Positions 35,101 through 46,949 of a DNA stretch of 64,000 bases are shown piece by piece. The DNA comes from Heteronotia binoei (Eukaryota): the NCBI RefSeq assembly GCF_032191835.1, contig NW_026800120.1, positions 1 through 64,000 on the forward strand, in the 5' to 3' direction. Made by a program: the position numbers and the translations under genes. Each line of letters begins with the position of its first letter. The first letter of the stretch is position 1. The notes below the pieces were generated by a model that saw nothing but the letters and a program-made list of their open reading frames with translations, made no database searches and had not been told where the DNA came from.

Positions 35101-38100
35101 AGCTCCTTAAATGAAAGGCGTTGCAGGGGAGGGGGGTGGGGGGAGAGCAAGTTCAGATGAGGAAACGAGAAGAGCCATTGCAATGAGATCCACGGGGATG
35201 TTGAAGCAAGTTGTCTTCTGTTAAAATCTTGCAGTTCTTTGTCAGAAAAGACTCAAGATGAGTCTTCTGCTTCTTTATACCCCAAAACCTGTCCTGCCTT
35301 ACTCTGCTGCACAGATGGGTGGGTTAGCATCCTGCTTCCTGGAGGATGGTTGGTTTTGTTGGAAAGAGTCCGACCAGACCTTTGGCTTGAGGGAGGCTGG
35401 TCTCAATGGAAGCTGTCGCAGAGGAGTTGCCAAAAGAGCACACCGGAGAGCCGGAAGTTTGCGGACTTCGTATTTCACGTGACCTTGTTCCTTGTGCTCA
35501 GAGGCTCCCAGCAGTCCTCCCAGTGAACTATGTGTGTGTCTTTTGCTGTTCCTTGCAGAAACCATGCAGTTCTTCAGGAGTCTGCACAGCACGTGAGCAG
35601 GTTCATAGCCCTGGCGAATGTTGGCAATGTGGATAAGAGAAAGGTGAAGGCACAGAACCCAGATTTGGGGGGTGGGTCTGTGGGAGAGCCTCTGCTTTGC
35701 GCGCAGAAGGTCCCCGGTTCAGTCTCCTGTTCAAAGGATCAAACCAGTGGGTGATGAGAAAGACCCCCCCCCCCCACCCAAGACCCTGGAGAGCTGATTC
35801 AGTGGAAGATTTCTTTCTGCTTCTGGCCCTAGCAAGTTACAGTAGCTGCTGAGATTTACATCCCCAGTATTACCAAAATGCAACGCTTTAGTCGCCTTCT
35901 GATCCCGTGTCTGTCTCTGCTCCTTCCCTCTAGTACCTCTATGCCTTCAACATCCTTCCAATGAGGTCTGTGGATCCTGCAGAACTAGTCAAGCAGCCCC
36001 AGGACGTCACTGAGAATCCGTACCGAGGGCCTGGTGGATGGGACCACAGCACCCAGCAGCAGCTGCCAGGAGCAGAGGTAGGGAGAAGCGTGCTGCATCA
36101 GATGGCCTGGCTCTGCTGATCTGGAGGAAGCGCTCGCTGCCTTCCTATGGTCCCTTGAGGCGAGCTCTCAGTGGTGATTGTTGCCCTCCTCTGAGCCCCT
36201 CCATCTTCCTGCCACCTCCCTCCAGAACTCCATGGAGAGCTGAGAAGTGGCATTTTGTGTTAACACTGGAAGTCTTCACGCCAATGCTGTGGAGTCTTCT
36301 GAGCAGAAATTCTACCTCATGAGCTACTGGCACTAAAGTTGTGAGCGAGTGATTTGGCTACTGCATAGATTAATTTGGTCTGGGACCATCATTCCTGAGC
36401 TAAGACAAAAAATGTGGGAGCTGGAGCTAGCTCACACTGACTAGGCTGCACTCCCCGTTTGCATGGCTTGGAAATACGAATGGAGCAGCGTAGATGTTTC
36501 CTGTATCTTGAGACTGCTGATTCTGCCCCCTTCCTCCGGGGCAGTTTTCCAGATCCTTCACAAAGAGAGAGAGGCCCGGAGTGAAGCCTGTAGGCAGAAC
36601 ATGCCGGAGCTCTGTCCTGTTCAGACAGGCAGTTTCGGTTTTTTCCTCATCTGTAAAAGGGGGTGGTTGTGAAATGAGCATGATGTTGCCTCCATCTGAA
36701 ATACCCTTGGAAGTAACCTTCCATCCTTGGTGTTCTGTATCTGCTTAAGATGACAGGAAGAAAGGAGTCCTTTTTTGCCTCCCCAGGAAGAACCTGCACA
36801 CCAGTTCTTCTTTGATCTGAGCAGCAAGCCCAAAGGGAAGAAGCGGCATTCAGAAGGCCAAGCCAGGCAGCAGCCCCAGACCAAGCGGCCCCCTTGCAGA
36901 CCCCGTGAGTGGGGGGGGGGAGGTGGAGGGGGCACATGCGGATGGTGCTGGGTCTTGGCCAGACGTGGGATGTGGACTGGATTTCCCTAGGCAAGGTGGA
37001 AGCTGGGGCTTTGCTGTTACAGGTGTTGTGGCTTGGCTAGACTGGCGTGAGCCTCCAGCCAGTCTTGGGGGCGGGGGGTGCTCTCTTGCTGCTGCTGCTG
37101 TTTTTTGCCCTCTAATTGCAGCTGACTTGTGGCAGCCCCCTGTGGGGCTTTCGGGGCAAGAGACCTTCAGAGGTGGGCTGCCATTGCCTGCCTCAGCGTC
37201 ACAGCCCCCCTGGCATTTCTTGGTGGTCTCCCATCCATACACAAGCCAGGGCCCACCCTGTGTTGCTTCTGAGGTCTGAGGGGCTGGACAATCCCCCAGG
37301 TCAGGGTTCTTACACCCTACTGAGAGCCAAGGGGAATGAAATAACCTTGCAAGGATGCCTGGTGCTCTGCTAGTGAGAAGTGACCACAAGCCCGATGTTC
37401 TGTCGTCTAGTAAGCCCTGTGTTCCATCAAGGAGTGAAGCCTCGTTCCATGCAGCCAGCCGTGTTCCGTGCTTGAGAGTCAGCCGCTGCCATCTGGGTGG
37501 TGTTTCCCTCTGGCAGTGGGCAAGCCGAGGGGCTTCGAGTGTCGTTCCCTGCCCTGCTCGGGGGAAATGTCTTGGCCAGCAGGGCTCTGCTGAATGTTTC
37601 CAGCTGGGCAGAGTACAGCAGGTGTCTGTAATTTGAGGAAGAGAGTCCTTGACTTGTGTAGTTGCATGTAGCCAGTGCCTAAAATTGCCGGAAGCCAGGG
37701 AAAGAAAGTAGATTCTGCTGCCTCACCTTGTTGACTGCTGCTATTTAACCTGAGCTTTGTTTCCCCTCCACTTTTCAAGCCCTGCCAACAGCCGCTTGCT
37801 GGTTTTGTCTTGCTAGCCCAGAGGTAGAGAAGCACTTGGTGGTGAGCATCGGGACACACGTAAGTATCTCTTGCTACAGGGGTGTCTTTTTAGTATGATT
37901 ATTTATTAATTAAATCGCCCCATCCCCATTAAGAACATAAGAGAAGCCATGTTGGATCAGGCCAACGGCCCATCAAGTCCAACACTCTGTGTCACACAGT
38001 GGCAAAAAATTTTATATACACACATACACTGTGGCTAATAGCCACTGATGGACCTGTGCTCCATATTTTTATCTAAACCCTTCTTGAAGGTGGCTATACT

Positions 38101-41100
38101 TGTGGCCGCCACCACCTCCTGTGGCATTCATAAATACAGTTTTAAAGTGACTCATGTTCTAATGTCCATAGAAATGTAAACAGTCCTGGCTTGCAAGGCG
38201 AGAAGTGCTTGTAGTGTAGTGTAAGCTCCTTACCTGCCAGAAGAATGGACAGCTGAGCAGCACAAGCACTTCCTACTACAAGCACGTTTGGCCTTCCACG
38301 TTTGGCCTTTGGACTCTTTACATTTCTATGGAGATTAGAATTTGAGTCACTTTGAAACTGTATTTATGTTTATGTTTGCTTATGTTTAATTCGATTTATT
38401 CCCTGCCATCCCCACCAAGGCGGGCGGGCTCAGGGCAGCTAATTTATAAATTGTTGGATTGTAATTTTGGTCACAAATAAGTTTGAGACATGGATATATA
38501 GGAGTTCCGTATTTTTGAGTAGGTGGGGGTTTTTGCTTTAGCGTGGTAGTGTATTGTTGCTGGATCTCCTTAGATGGTGTCAGTGCACAGTGAGGGCTAC
38601 TGGTGTTGCCATGGCTTTTGGGTGGGAGGGCGGGCGCGTGTGTGTGTGAGATTTTTTTCCTGGTGGGGGGGACGGGTCTCATCCTTCCCGTGGGTCTGAT
38701 CTTTCATTCCAGTGCTACCTGGCCCTGGCCAAGGGGGGCCTCTCTCCTGACCACGTCCTGGTGCTGCCTGTTGGGCACTGCCAGTCGATGGTGGAGCTGG
38801 CGTCAGAGGTGGTGGCAGAAATGGAGCTGTACAAGTCAGCGCTGAAGAAGTTTTTCAGGAGCAAAGGGAAACGATACGTGGCGTTTGAAAGGAATTACAG
38901 GAGTCAGCACCTCCAGCTGCAGGTGAGGCGGCAGGGAAGCGTGGCCCCCGTTATGTGAGGAAGGGATTCCAAAGGATCCCAGAGGCCATCCAGTCCACCA
39001 CAGGGCCAGCCTGGGGCGGGGTTCCCAACCTTTTTGGCACTGGGGACTGGTTTGGTGGAAGACAAGTTTTGGGGATGATGGTTTAGGGATGATACAGTTG
39101 TGCACTTATTTCTATTATTGCATTGTAATATATAATGAAATCATTCTATAACTCACAGCCCGGTTGCTAAGAGGCCACAGTCCACGGCGCAGGGGTTGGG
39201 CAGGCCTGGCTAGAGCATCCCCACCAAGTGCTTGTCCAGCCTCTGCTTGAAGACTGCCCGGGGGGGGGGGGGGAGCTCACCACCTCCCCAGGGGGCTGAT
39301 TCCACTGCTGAACTGCTCTTACTGTAAAAATGTATTTGTCCTGGGGAGAAAATCGGCCGGATTTAATCTTCTTGTTAAAAGGTGTCAATCCCACATTTCT
39401 CTTTGTCTACACCCCACCCCCCGCACACACACGCGCACCAGCTCCCCAGTGGGAAAACCAGCTGTCCCCCCCCCCCCCCCCGGGTTGTGTTTTCCAGTTC
39501 ATTTGAGCCGTTGCTTCCTTCCATGGGAGCTGGGCTGATGGATGCACTGTGGGAGGCCCTCCTTGGCCAGTCAGAGGAGACGGTTTCTGAGTGGCGTCAG
39601 GCCCCCACAGAGAGGAGCGCCAAGGAGAGAGGAGGCCCGAGAGCTGGCTGAGAGACCCCCCAGCCTCCCAGGCCCCCGCCTCCCGACAGCAAGCAGCAGC
39701 AGGGCTTTCCTTCTGCGTTTGTCATCATAAGTTTAAGCCTGGAGCAGAGGGGGCTGCCCCTCTGGCATGATGAGCAGCTGAGCTGAGGGGTTCCTGCCGG
39801 CCCCTGTGATGGGAGTTGCTGCCGCTGCTGCCACTTGGGGGGTGGGATTCCCGCTCCCCACTGAGAGCCTGCTCTTCCTCCCCCTCCACGTGGCGGACGT
39901 CCCCTTCCAGGTGGTTCCGGTGCCTCAGGACTGCTGCGCCACAGAAGACATCAAAGAGGCCTTCATCGTCCAGGCCGAGGAGCAGCGGCTGGAGCTGCTG
40001 GAGATCCCGGAACATTCCGCTCTCAAGCAAGTACGCAGCCACGACTGGCGCTGCCACCTGCTCCCTCCCCGCCCCCCTCGGCAGGCAGGGTGGGCCACTG
40101 GGAGGGTCTCCCACTCGCCCTGTGTGGAGCTGCCTGCGGGGTCTGCTGCAGAACTCTTCCGGCCAGTGAGGGGGCCAGACAGCCAGGAGACTCAGCCCCA
40201 GCAGCGGGTGACGCCACTGCTTGGGTAACAACCCGCTCCCATAGAGCAAGAGCAGGTTACCACCTCCTCCCCCCATCCCACCTGCATGGGGGGGTAGCCC
40301 CCACTTGAGGAGTGGTTCATCTCGAGCGAGAGCCAGTCGGGTGCAGAGGCCAGGCCGGGATGTGGGAGGTCCAGAGTCCAATCCCAGGCACACTCTCAGA
40401 CCTCACAGGGACAACACGGGGGAAAGAGGGGCAGCCACTTTGGGGGGCGCCTGGGAGCAGGGTACGGTCTCAGTGCAGTAGCTGAATGAACCTGTGTGGC
40501 TGCCCAACCCCAAGGCTCCCAGCTCTGGAGCCCCATGGATGAGCATCCCCCCCCCCACAGGCCTTGTGCGCGTCCCTCTTTCAGATCGTGCAGCCCGGAA
40601 GCCCCTATTTCTACGTGGAGCTGGATACCGGAGAGAAGCTCTTCCACCGCATCGGGAAGCATTTCCCCCTGCAGTTTGGCAGGTGCGTTTGCAGCAGTGG
40701 CCCCAGAGCTGCCATCGGAGGGCAGCAGACCCAAAGTCGCCTGCTGCTGGGGAGGGGGGACTCTGCTTGCCCCCTGGCCTGCCCATGGCTGTGGGCGAGG
40801 AGACCTGGAGCGGAGCGGCTGCCCTCCCTTCCTTTCCCTTCTGTCCAGAGGTGGTGGATGCTGGAGGGCTCTCTTGCCCTGGGGGTTTTGGGTGGGGTGT
40901 GTGGAGAGCAGGACTGAGAGCCTCTTCATGAGCGGAAGGTCAGCTGTTGCTACGGCTTCTCCTCTTCCCCTTTTCCGCCTGCAGGGAAGTTCTGGCCAGC
41001 GAGGCTGTCCTGGGGATGCCTGGCCGGGCGGACTGGAGGAGTTGCCAGCTGGGGAGAGAGGAGGAGGCCGCTGCTGCCCAAGCCTTCCGGCAGGCCTTTG

Positions 41101-41129
41101 CACCCTTTGACATCGCCCAAGAGGACTGA
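32179..41129 (+). CDS. CWF19L1: CWF19-like protein 1 (metallophosphoesterase-like plus CwfJ domains), complete, ~544 aa. 14 exons: 32179-32213, 32315-32399, 32505-32583, 32892-32993, 33682-33896, 34809-34927, 35559-35643, 35934-36077, 36787-36904, 37780-37859, 38713-38922, 39911-40030, 40585-40682, 40985-41129
   Basis: [107 protein letters not shown] introns; total 1635 nt, in frame. Confidence 0.97.
34216..34650 (-). mobile_element. CR1 LINE 3' fragment
   Basis: Reverse complement of the CR1 terminus (gagaagccaggttggatcaggc) and upstream ORF2 end. Confidence 0.75.
37930..38127 (-). mobile_element. CR1 LINE 3' fragment
   Basis: aagaacataagagaagccatgttggatcaggcc... Confidence 0.8.
38129..38368. 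mobile_element. Foldback MITE, possibly Tc1/mariner type
   Basis: ~57-bp imperfect inverted arms (ataaatacagttttaaagtgactca.../...tgagtcactttgaaactgtatttat); ta|cag...ctg|ta suggests a TA target. Confidence 0.7.
39016..39208. mobile_element. hAT-Charlie MITE resembling MER1/Charlie3-type ends
   Basis: ggttcccaacctttttggcactggggactggtttggtggaagacaa and ttatttctattattgcattgtaatatataatgaaat match the recalled consensus. Confidence 0.55.
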
Positions 41130-41413
41130 GCGCCCCGTCCAGGAGCTCTTTCAGCTGCGGGAGGGAGAGCTGGCTCTTTCTAGCCAGGAATCCTGGCAGC
41201 CGGGGCAGGAGAGGGGAGAGAGGGACCTCGGAGGGAGTCTTTGCCAGACTGGAGAGCAAAGCTTCTTGCCTTTGCCCCTTGCCTTTGTCTGGAGCATCTC
41301 AAATGTTACTTGGGTTTATTTATTGTGAAATCTATTCCAGGGGCAGTGTGTGTGTAAATAGGCGTGAATGGAACTTGAAGCGTTGGTGTGCTGTAAACTG
41401 TTTTCTCATTTTA

Positions 41414-41419
41414 AATAAA
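41414..41419 (+). terminator. Polyadenylation signal AATAAA of CWF19L1
   Basis: ~285 nt after the stop codon. Confidence 0.65.
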
Positions 41420-41514
41420 AAGATTTTTAACACTTGGGTCATTCCCCGTTCCTTGGCTGGCTGAGCTGATGGTCTGTCCCCCCAGAGGCTGCTGCTTGGA
41501 TCAGTCTTGGAGCC

Positions 41515-41940
41515 AGATTGGTGGTCTAGCTGGAGAGCCAGGGTTGATCCCCCACTCCTCAGAGCTGTCTCAGCCCCACCTGCCTCACAGGGTGTCTGTG
41601 GTCGGGAGAAGGGAAAGGAGATTGTGACTCCTTTGGGGAGAACTCCAATCTCCTCCTCCATAGAACAATGTCTGCCCCCCTCCCTAAAATCTGTGACCCC
41701 ACAATAGAACAAGCACACATGCTGGCCGTTTGCAGTGAAATTCAGCGGCTAACAAGAGCCAGTTTGTGTCATGGTGAAGAGCAGGGAACTCTAATCCATA
41801 GAAGTGGGTTTGACTCCCCACATGCAGCCAGCTGGGTGACCTTGGGCCAGGCACAGTCCTCTCAGAGGGCTCTCAGCCCCACCTGCCTCACAGGACAGGA
41901 AGGAGACAGGCAGCTGCTACTAGACTGAAAGGCGGGGTGT
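41515..41940 (+). mobile_element. Two diverged Squam3-like SINE copies
   Basis: gggttgatcccc and gggtttgactcccc B-box-like motifs, each followed by cagccccacctgcctcacagg. Confidence 0.6.
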
Positions 41941-41946
41941 AAAACT

Positions 41947-42330
41947 CCATCTGACAGCAATGCGGATCCTGTGGACTTAGGGGGACGTATTTGTGATTTT
42001 CCTGTGTTGTGCAGGGGGTAGACTAGATGGCCCTGGAGTTCCCTCCCCCTCCCAACTCTCCTCAGTGGAACAGGCTTCCTCCTCGGGAGGTGGTGGGCTC
42101 TCCTTCCTTGGAGGTTTTTCATCAGAGGCTAGATGGCCATCTGACAGCAATGCAGATCCTGTGAATTTGGGGGGAGGTGTTTGTGGGTTTCCTGCATTGT
42201 GCAGGGCGCTGGACTAGATGACCCTGGAAGGTCCCTTCCAGCTCTATGATTCCTGACCGTTAGAGCAGTTCCTCAGTGGAACAGGCTTCCTCAGGAGGTG
42301 GTGGGCTCTCCTTCCTTGGAGGTTTTTCAT
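41947..42330 (+). repeat. Two tandem CR1 3'-end units (~190-bp period)
   Basis: ccatctgacagcaatgc at 41947 and 42138; same family as 18955-20585. Confidence 0.85.
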
Positions 42331-44340
42331 CAATAATAATAATAATCTTTATTTATTCCCCGCCGAGGCAGGCTCAGGGCAGCTTACAGGACATGGTACA
42401 TACCATGATACAACAACAATAAAATCAAAACATTAACAATATAAAACTATTCATACATTAGTTAATTACATAAATAGTCTAAAATCCAGTAAAACTTAAC
42501 GGTGCTACAAGCTCAGTATATATAAAGATGGCTTGATGTTAATTCCAGGTTCATCTTAAAAGGCTAGTTGGAAGAGGGCAGTTTTGCAAGCCCTACGGAA
42601 CTGGTTAAGATCCCGCAGGGCCCGCCCCTCCTCTGGCAGCTGGTTCCACCATTGGGATGCCATTATCGAGAAGACCTGCTCCCTGGTTGTTTTTAACTTG
42701 GCCTCCTTTGGCCCAGGGATTTTCAGAAGATTTTGTGAACTAGATCTCAATGCTCTCTGGGGAACATATGGAGAGAGACGGTCCCTAAGGTAGACAGGTC
42801 CTCGGCCATATAGGGTGTGACGGAACGGCCCTGGTTTGCCTACCAGACCCCGTTCCCCTTTTTGGAGGGAACTATTACTCCTCCGGCCGCTTGGGCTCGC
42901 TGCCACCACCTGCTCAGTCTAGGGGTTCGGATTGAGAGGAACAGGACTCCCAATCCCCCTCTCCAGCTCTGAGGCCAGGCCTCAAGGTCCTCTGCCACCC
43001 TGTACTTGGGTATCACAGAGGCCACAGCACTTCTTCGGGGAACCCCTGGAGGACTGGCACCTTATCCAACCACAGGCCTTCCCCCTTTCCCCGGGGCCCC
43101 CTTCATAAAGCGTGGTCTAAAGCGGTTGGGGATCTATGTGGTACAGAGTTTGACTGCCAGCATTCAAAACAGTAAAAATATTAAATTAGAAGAGAAAAAG
43201 AAATGAAAAAAAACAAAAGCAGTTGCATGTAACAGTTTAGCACAGCACCCGAACAGCAACCAGAAGGACAAATAAAAGGTGGATTTACACGCATCCTCCC
43301 GTCCCTGGTCTAAACTTGCCCTGCCTTGTGGATAACTTCCTCGGTCTGACTGCTTGGAGTCCACTCCTCCTGGTCCTCTCCCTCCTGAGAAGGCCTCTCC
43401 CACAGTCAGGAGCCCACAGACTGACAACCTCTCTCCTTGAGGGCCAGCTGAGAACTGGACTTTTCCCGCCTCACTCCAATAAAAAAAAAAGAACTTCCTG
43501 CCCCTCTAGGAGGCTTTCCCCCTAGAGTTGATGGTTTAACTCCGGAAGGGAGGAGGGAATGAAGGGAAGGCTAGGCCACAAAGCCTGCCTTAGCAGTTTC
43601 ATGTTCCCTCCCAACCAAGCACCACCATTAACTCAGATGGCGTTTCTCCACATAGGGCTTTAAAGGTAATAACCAGCACCTTGTAACGGACTCGGTATGC
43701 AATTGGCAGCCAGTGCAGTTCCCGCAGCCTAAGCCATACATGTTCCCACCGAGGTAGTCCCACTAACAGTCTGGCTGCTGCATTCTGCACTAGCTGCAGT
43801 TTCCGAGTTCGGTAAAGGGGCAGCCCCATGTAGAGAGCATTACAGTAGTCTAACCTCGAGGTGACTGTTGCGTGGATCACTGTTGCCAGGTCGCCGCGTT
43901 CCAGGAAGGGAGCCAACTGCCTCGCTCGCCTAAGATGAAAAAAGGTGGATTTAGCAGTGGCTGCTATCTGGGCCTCCATTGTCAGGGAAGACTCCAGTAG
44001 CACTGCCAAGCTCCTGACCCTGTGCACTGGGACCAGTGGCGCACTGTCAAAAGCTGGCAGGGAGATCCCCCCCCCCCCCGCCACAGCCTAGGCAAAGGAC
44101 CTCTGTCTTCGCTGGGTTCAATTTCAGCCCACTCAGCCTGAGCCAATCTGCCACGGCTTGCAACGCCCGGTCCACATTCTCAGGGACATCGTCAGTTCGG
44201 CCGTTCATCAATAGATAGAGCTGGGTGTCATCAGCATACCGCCGATAGGTGTAACAACAGCAACACTGCCACACCACCTCGATCCAGATGTCACCAGAGA
44301 TCATCCATGAGGGTGACCAACACTGTCTCTGTCCCATGGC
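42331..44340 (-). mobile_element. L2 LINE, 5'-truncated with internal deletion, split by a solo LTR
   Basis: YADDTQLYL, SRLDYCNALYMGLP, KLQLVQNAAARLL, and VITFKAL|YGRGPVYLRDRL across the insertion; (aat)n tail at 42331. Confidence 0.9.
42816..43652 (+). mobile_element. Solo LTR, 837 bp
   Basis: TG...CA ends with imperfect inverted termini (tgtgacggaacg / cgtttctccaca), 5-bp TSD taggg (42811-42815, 43653-43657), AATAAA near 43478; removal restores the L2 reading frame. Confidence 0.85.
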
Positions 44341-44384
44341 CCAGGTGGAAACTGGACTGGAATGGATCTAATCTGATGGAATGG

Positions 44385-44705
44385 CCATCGGACAGCAATG
44401 CAGATCCTGTGAATTTGGGGTAGGTGTTTGTGAGTTTCCTGCATTGTGCAGGGGGCTGGACTAGATGACCCTGGAGGTCCCTTCCAACTCTAGGATTCTA
44501 TGACTGTTAGAGCGGTTCCTCAATGGAACAGGTTTCCTCCTTGGGAGGTGGTGGGCTCTCCTTCCTTGGAGGTTGTAAAACAGAGGCTGGATGGCCCCCT
44601 GACAGCAATGGGGATCCTGTGAATTTGGGGTAGGTGTTTGTGAGTTTCCTGCATTGTGCAGGGGGTTGGACTAGATGACCCTGGCGGTCGCTTCCAACGG
44701 TGTGA
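44385..44705 (+). repeat. ~1.7 tandem CR1 3'-end units
   Basis: Same unit as 41947-42330. Confidence 0.8.
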
Positions 44706-44709
44706 TTCT

Positions 44710-45850
44710 AGCTGCAGCCCTTCCCTTTGTCGCCCTCTCCCCTCCCTCCATCTTCAGTCTCACAGGGGAGCCACGCAGGCCAGCCAACTCAAGGGCTCTC
44801 CAAAGGCCATTCCGCGCAGGTGCAAAGTGCCCAGCGCCGCCCCGGCTGGCTCCCTCCCTCCTGTCCTTGTGGCTGTGCCCTTCAGGGGCCACATCCTGGG
44901 CTGCCCCCCCCCCTGGCGGCTCCCCGGACGGCTGCAGGCTGGAGGAGAATGCGCGGGAGCAGGTGGATGCCAGGGGATTCCGGGGGGAGGGGGGTCTCAG
45001 CCCCTCTGATTCCCATGCCCAGCAAACCTGGCAGAGCCCCGCCACAGCCGTCGAGGGGTCCTCCGCCCCGCCCGCCGACCCTTTGGGACCCTTCCCCAGC
45101 CTGCGCGGCCGAGAAGGAAGGAGGCGCGGGGGGGGGGGCAGCGGAGGCGCGCTCAGGCCAGGGACGGGAGGGGGGTTGGTGGTGCCCCGCCCCCTGCCGC
45201 GGAGGAGGAGGAGCCATCTGGCGAGGGGCGGGGCGAGGGCGGGCTGCAGTGCCCTTGGGGGCCCCCGCGAGAGGTGAGGGGCGGGGCGGGCTGCTGGTCG
45301 GAGCGGCGGAGAGCAGGTAGGGGGGCGCCTGGCCCGGGGGGCTCCCGGGGGGGGACCTCCTTCCTTCCTCCCTCCCTCCCTCCCTCCCTCCCTCGGCGCA
45401 GAGAGAGCCCCTCCCGCCGCCTGGCACAGCGGAGTCCCTGCGGGCACCTTCGGGAGCTGCGGCGAGCAGGAGCGCGGAGGTGGCGCCTTCTGCCTTCCCT
45501 GCACCGACCCTGCTGCCGGGCGAACTGGGACTCCTGGGGCAGCCGCCCAACGCTGCCCTCGCCTCGGGGGCCAGACAGGCGGGGCTCCGAGCCTCCCTTG
45601 GTGGAGATGAGCCCTCCACCCCTCCCCTCCCCTCCCCCCGCGCCATCCGGGCTTCCTTCGCAGCGGGGCCCCGGGGCCAGCGGCTGCTGCAGCACCCGTC
45701 CCTTCGCCCTCTTTGGCCGCTGCTGCGTGCTCCCTTTCGGAGCAGCCCTCCGGCCTCGTGGAGGCCGTCTCCTCTTTTGCCCCCCCCCCCCCTCGGTGGC
45801 CTTCTCCTGACTTCTGCCAGCCTCGGGGTCAAGGAGATGGGCATTTGACA
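44710..45850 (+). promoter_or_regulatory. CpG island, probable PNPLA6 promoter with a non-coding first exon ending at 45316
   Basis: Multiple GC boxes (ggggcggggc) at 45225-45290, then gagcag|gtaggg donor; the ATG-bearing PNPLA6 exon has its own acceptor at 56601, so an upstream exon is needed. Confidence 0.55.
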
Positions 45851-45904
45851 TTGTCTGGCAACCGGGATATCCATTCCAGCACCTTCCACCCTGCCCTTGA
45901 AGGT

Positions 45905-46790
45905 TAAGAACACAAAGACATGAGAAGCCATGTTGAATCAGGCCAATGGCCCATCCAGTCCAACACTCTGTGTCACACAGTGGCCAAAAAACCAGGTGCC
46001 ATCAGGAGGTCCACCAGTGGGGCCAGGGCACTAGAACCCCTCCCACTGTGCCCGCCCCCCAAGCACCAAGAAGACAGAGCATCACTGCCCCAGACAGAGA
46101 GTTCCAACAATACACTATGGCTAATAGCCACTGATGGACATCTGCTCCATGTGTTTATCCAATCCCCTCTTGAAGCTGGCTATGCTTGCAACAGCCGCCA
46201 CCACCTCCTGTGGCAATGAATTCCATGTGTTAATCACCCTTTGGGTGAAGAAGGACTTCCTTTTATCCATTCTAATCCGACTGCTCAGCAATTTCATGGA
46301 GTGTCCATGAGTTCTTGTATGGTGAGAAAGCAAGAAAAGTATTTCTTTCTCTACCTTCTCCATCCCATGCATAATCTTGTAAACCTCTATCACGTTACCC
46401 CGCAGTGGACGTTTCTCCAAGCTAAAGAGCTCCAAGTGCTTTAATCTTTCTTCATAGGGAAAGTGTTCCTTCCAACCCTTCAGGATTTTTGGCCCCAACC
46501 TCATCTGCCACGTTGACGCCCACTCGCCCAGCCTCAACAGATCCCTTCAGATCCCTCACAATCCTCTCTGGTTCTCACCACCCTGAACAATTTAGTGTCA
46601 TCCGCAAACTTGGCTACTTCACTGCTCACTCCCAACTCCAAATCATTTAGGAACAAGTTAAAGAGCATGGGACCCAGTACCGAGCCCTGCGGCACCCCAC
46701 TGCTTACCGTCCTCCACTGCAAAGACTGCCCATTTATACTCACTCTCTGCTTCCTATTACTCAGCCAGTTTTTGATCCACAAGAGGGCTT
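45905..46790 (-). mobile_element. CR1 LINE fragment (RT end plus 3' end, internally deleted)
   Basis: WIKNWLSNRKQRV, GVPQGSVLGPMLFNLF, KFADDTKLF; FPYEERLKHLELFSLEKR; terminal aagaacacaaagacatgagaagcc. Confidence 0.92.
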
Positions 46791-46949
46791 ATCCTTTTGC
46801 TTATTTATACTCAGAAAGCATCATCTTTATGGCAGGTGTTTTGAGTGGCTGTAGCCACAGCAATCCCTGTGCTGGTCACCTTCCGAGGAGGCAAGTAGCG
46901 TGCTTCAGGTGAAGACCAGCTGGAGCTTGGGCTGGCTCAGAATGTGGCA

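Noticed and set aside
38923-39910. Possible SNORA12 H/ACA snoRNA (human CWF19L1 hosts it in an intron, I recall near here)
   Set aside because: I could not identify a convincing hairpin-H-hairpin-ACA structure by eye; an Infernal search with the Rfam SNORA12 model would decide.
44656-45931. Overlapping 177-349 aa ORFs in the CpG island
   Set aside because: GC artefact; no similarity to CHUK, MCOLN1, BLOC1S2 or any protein I recognise.
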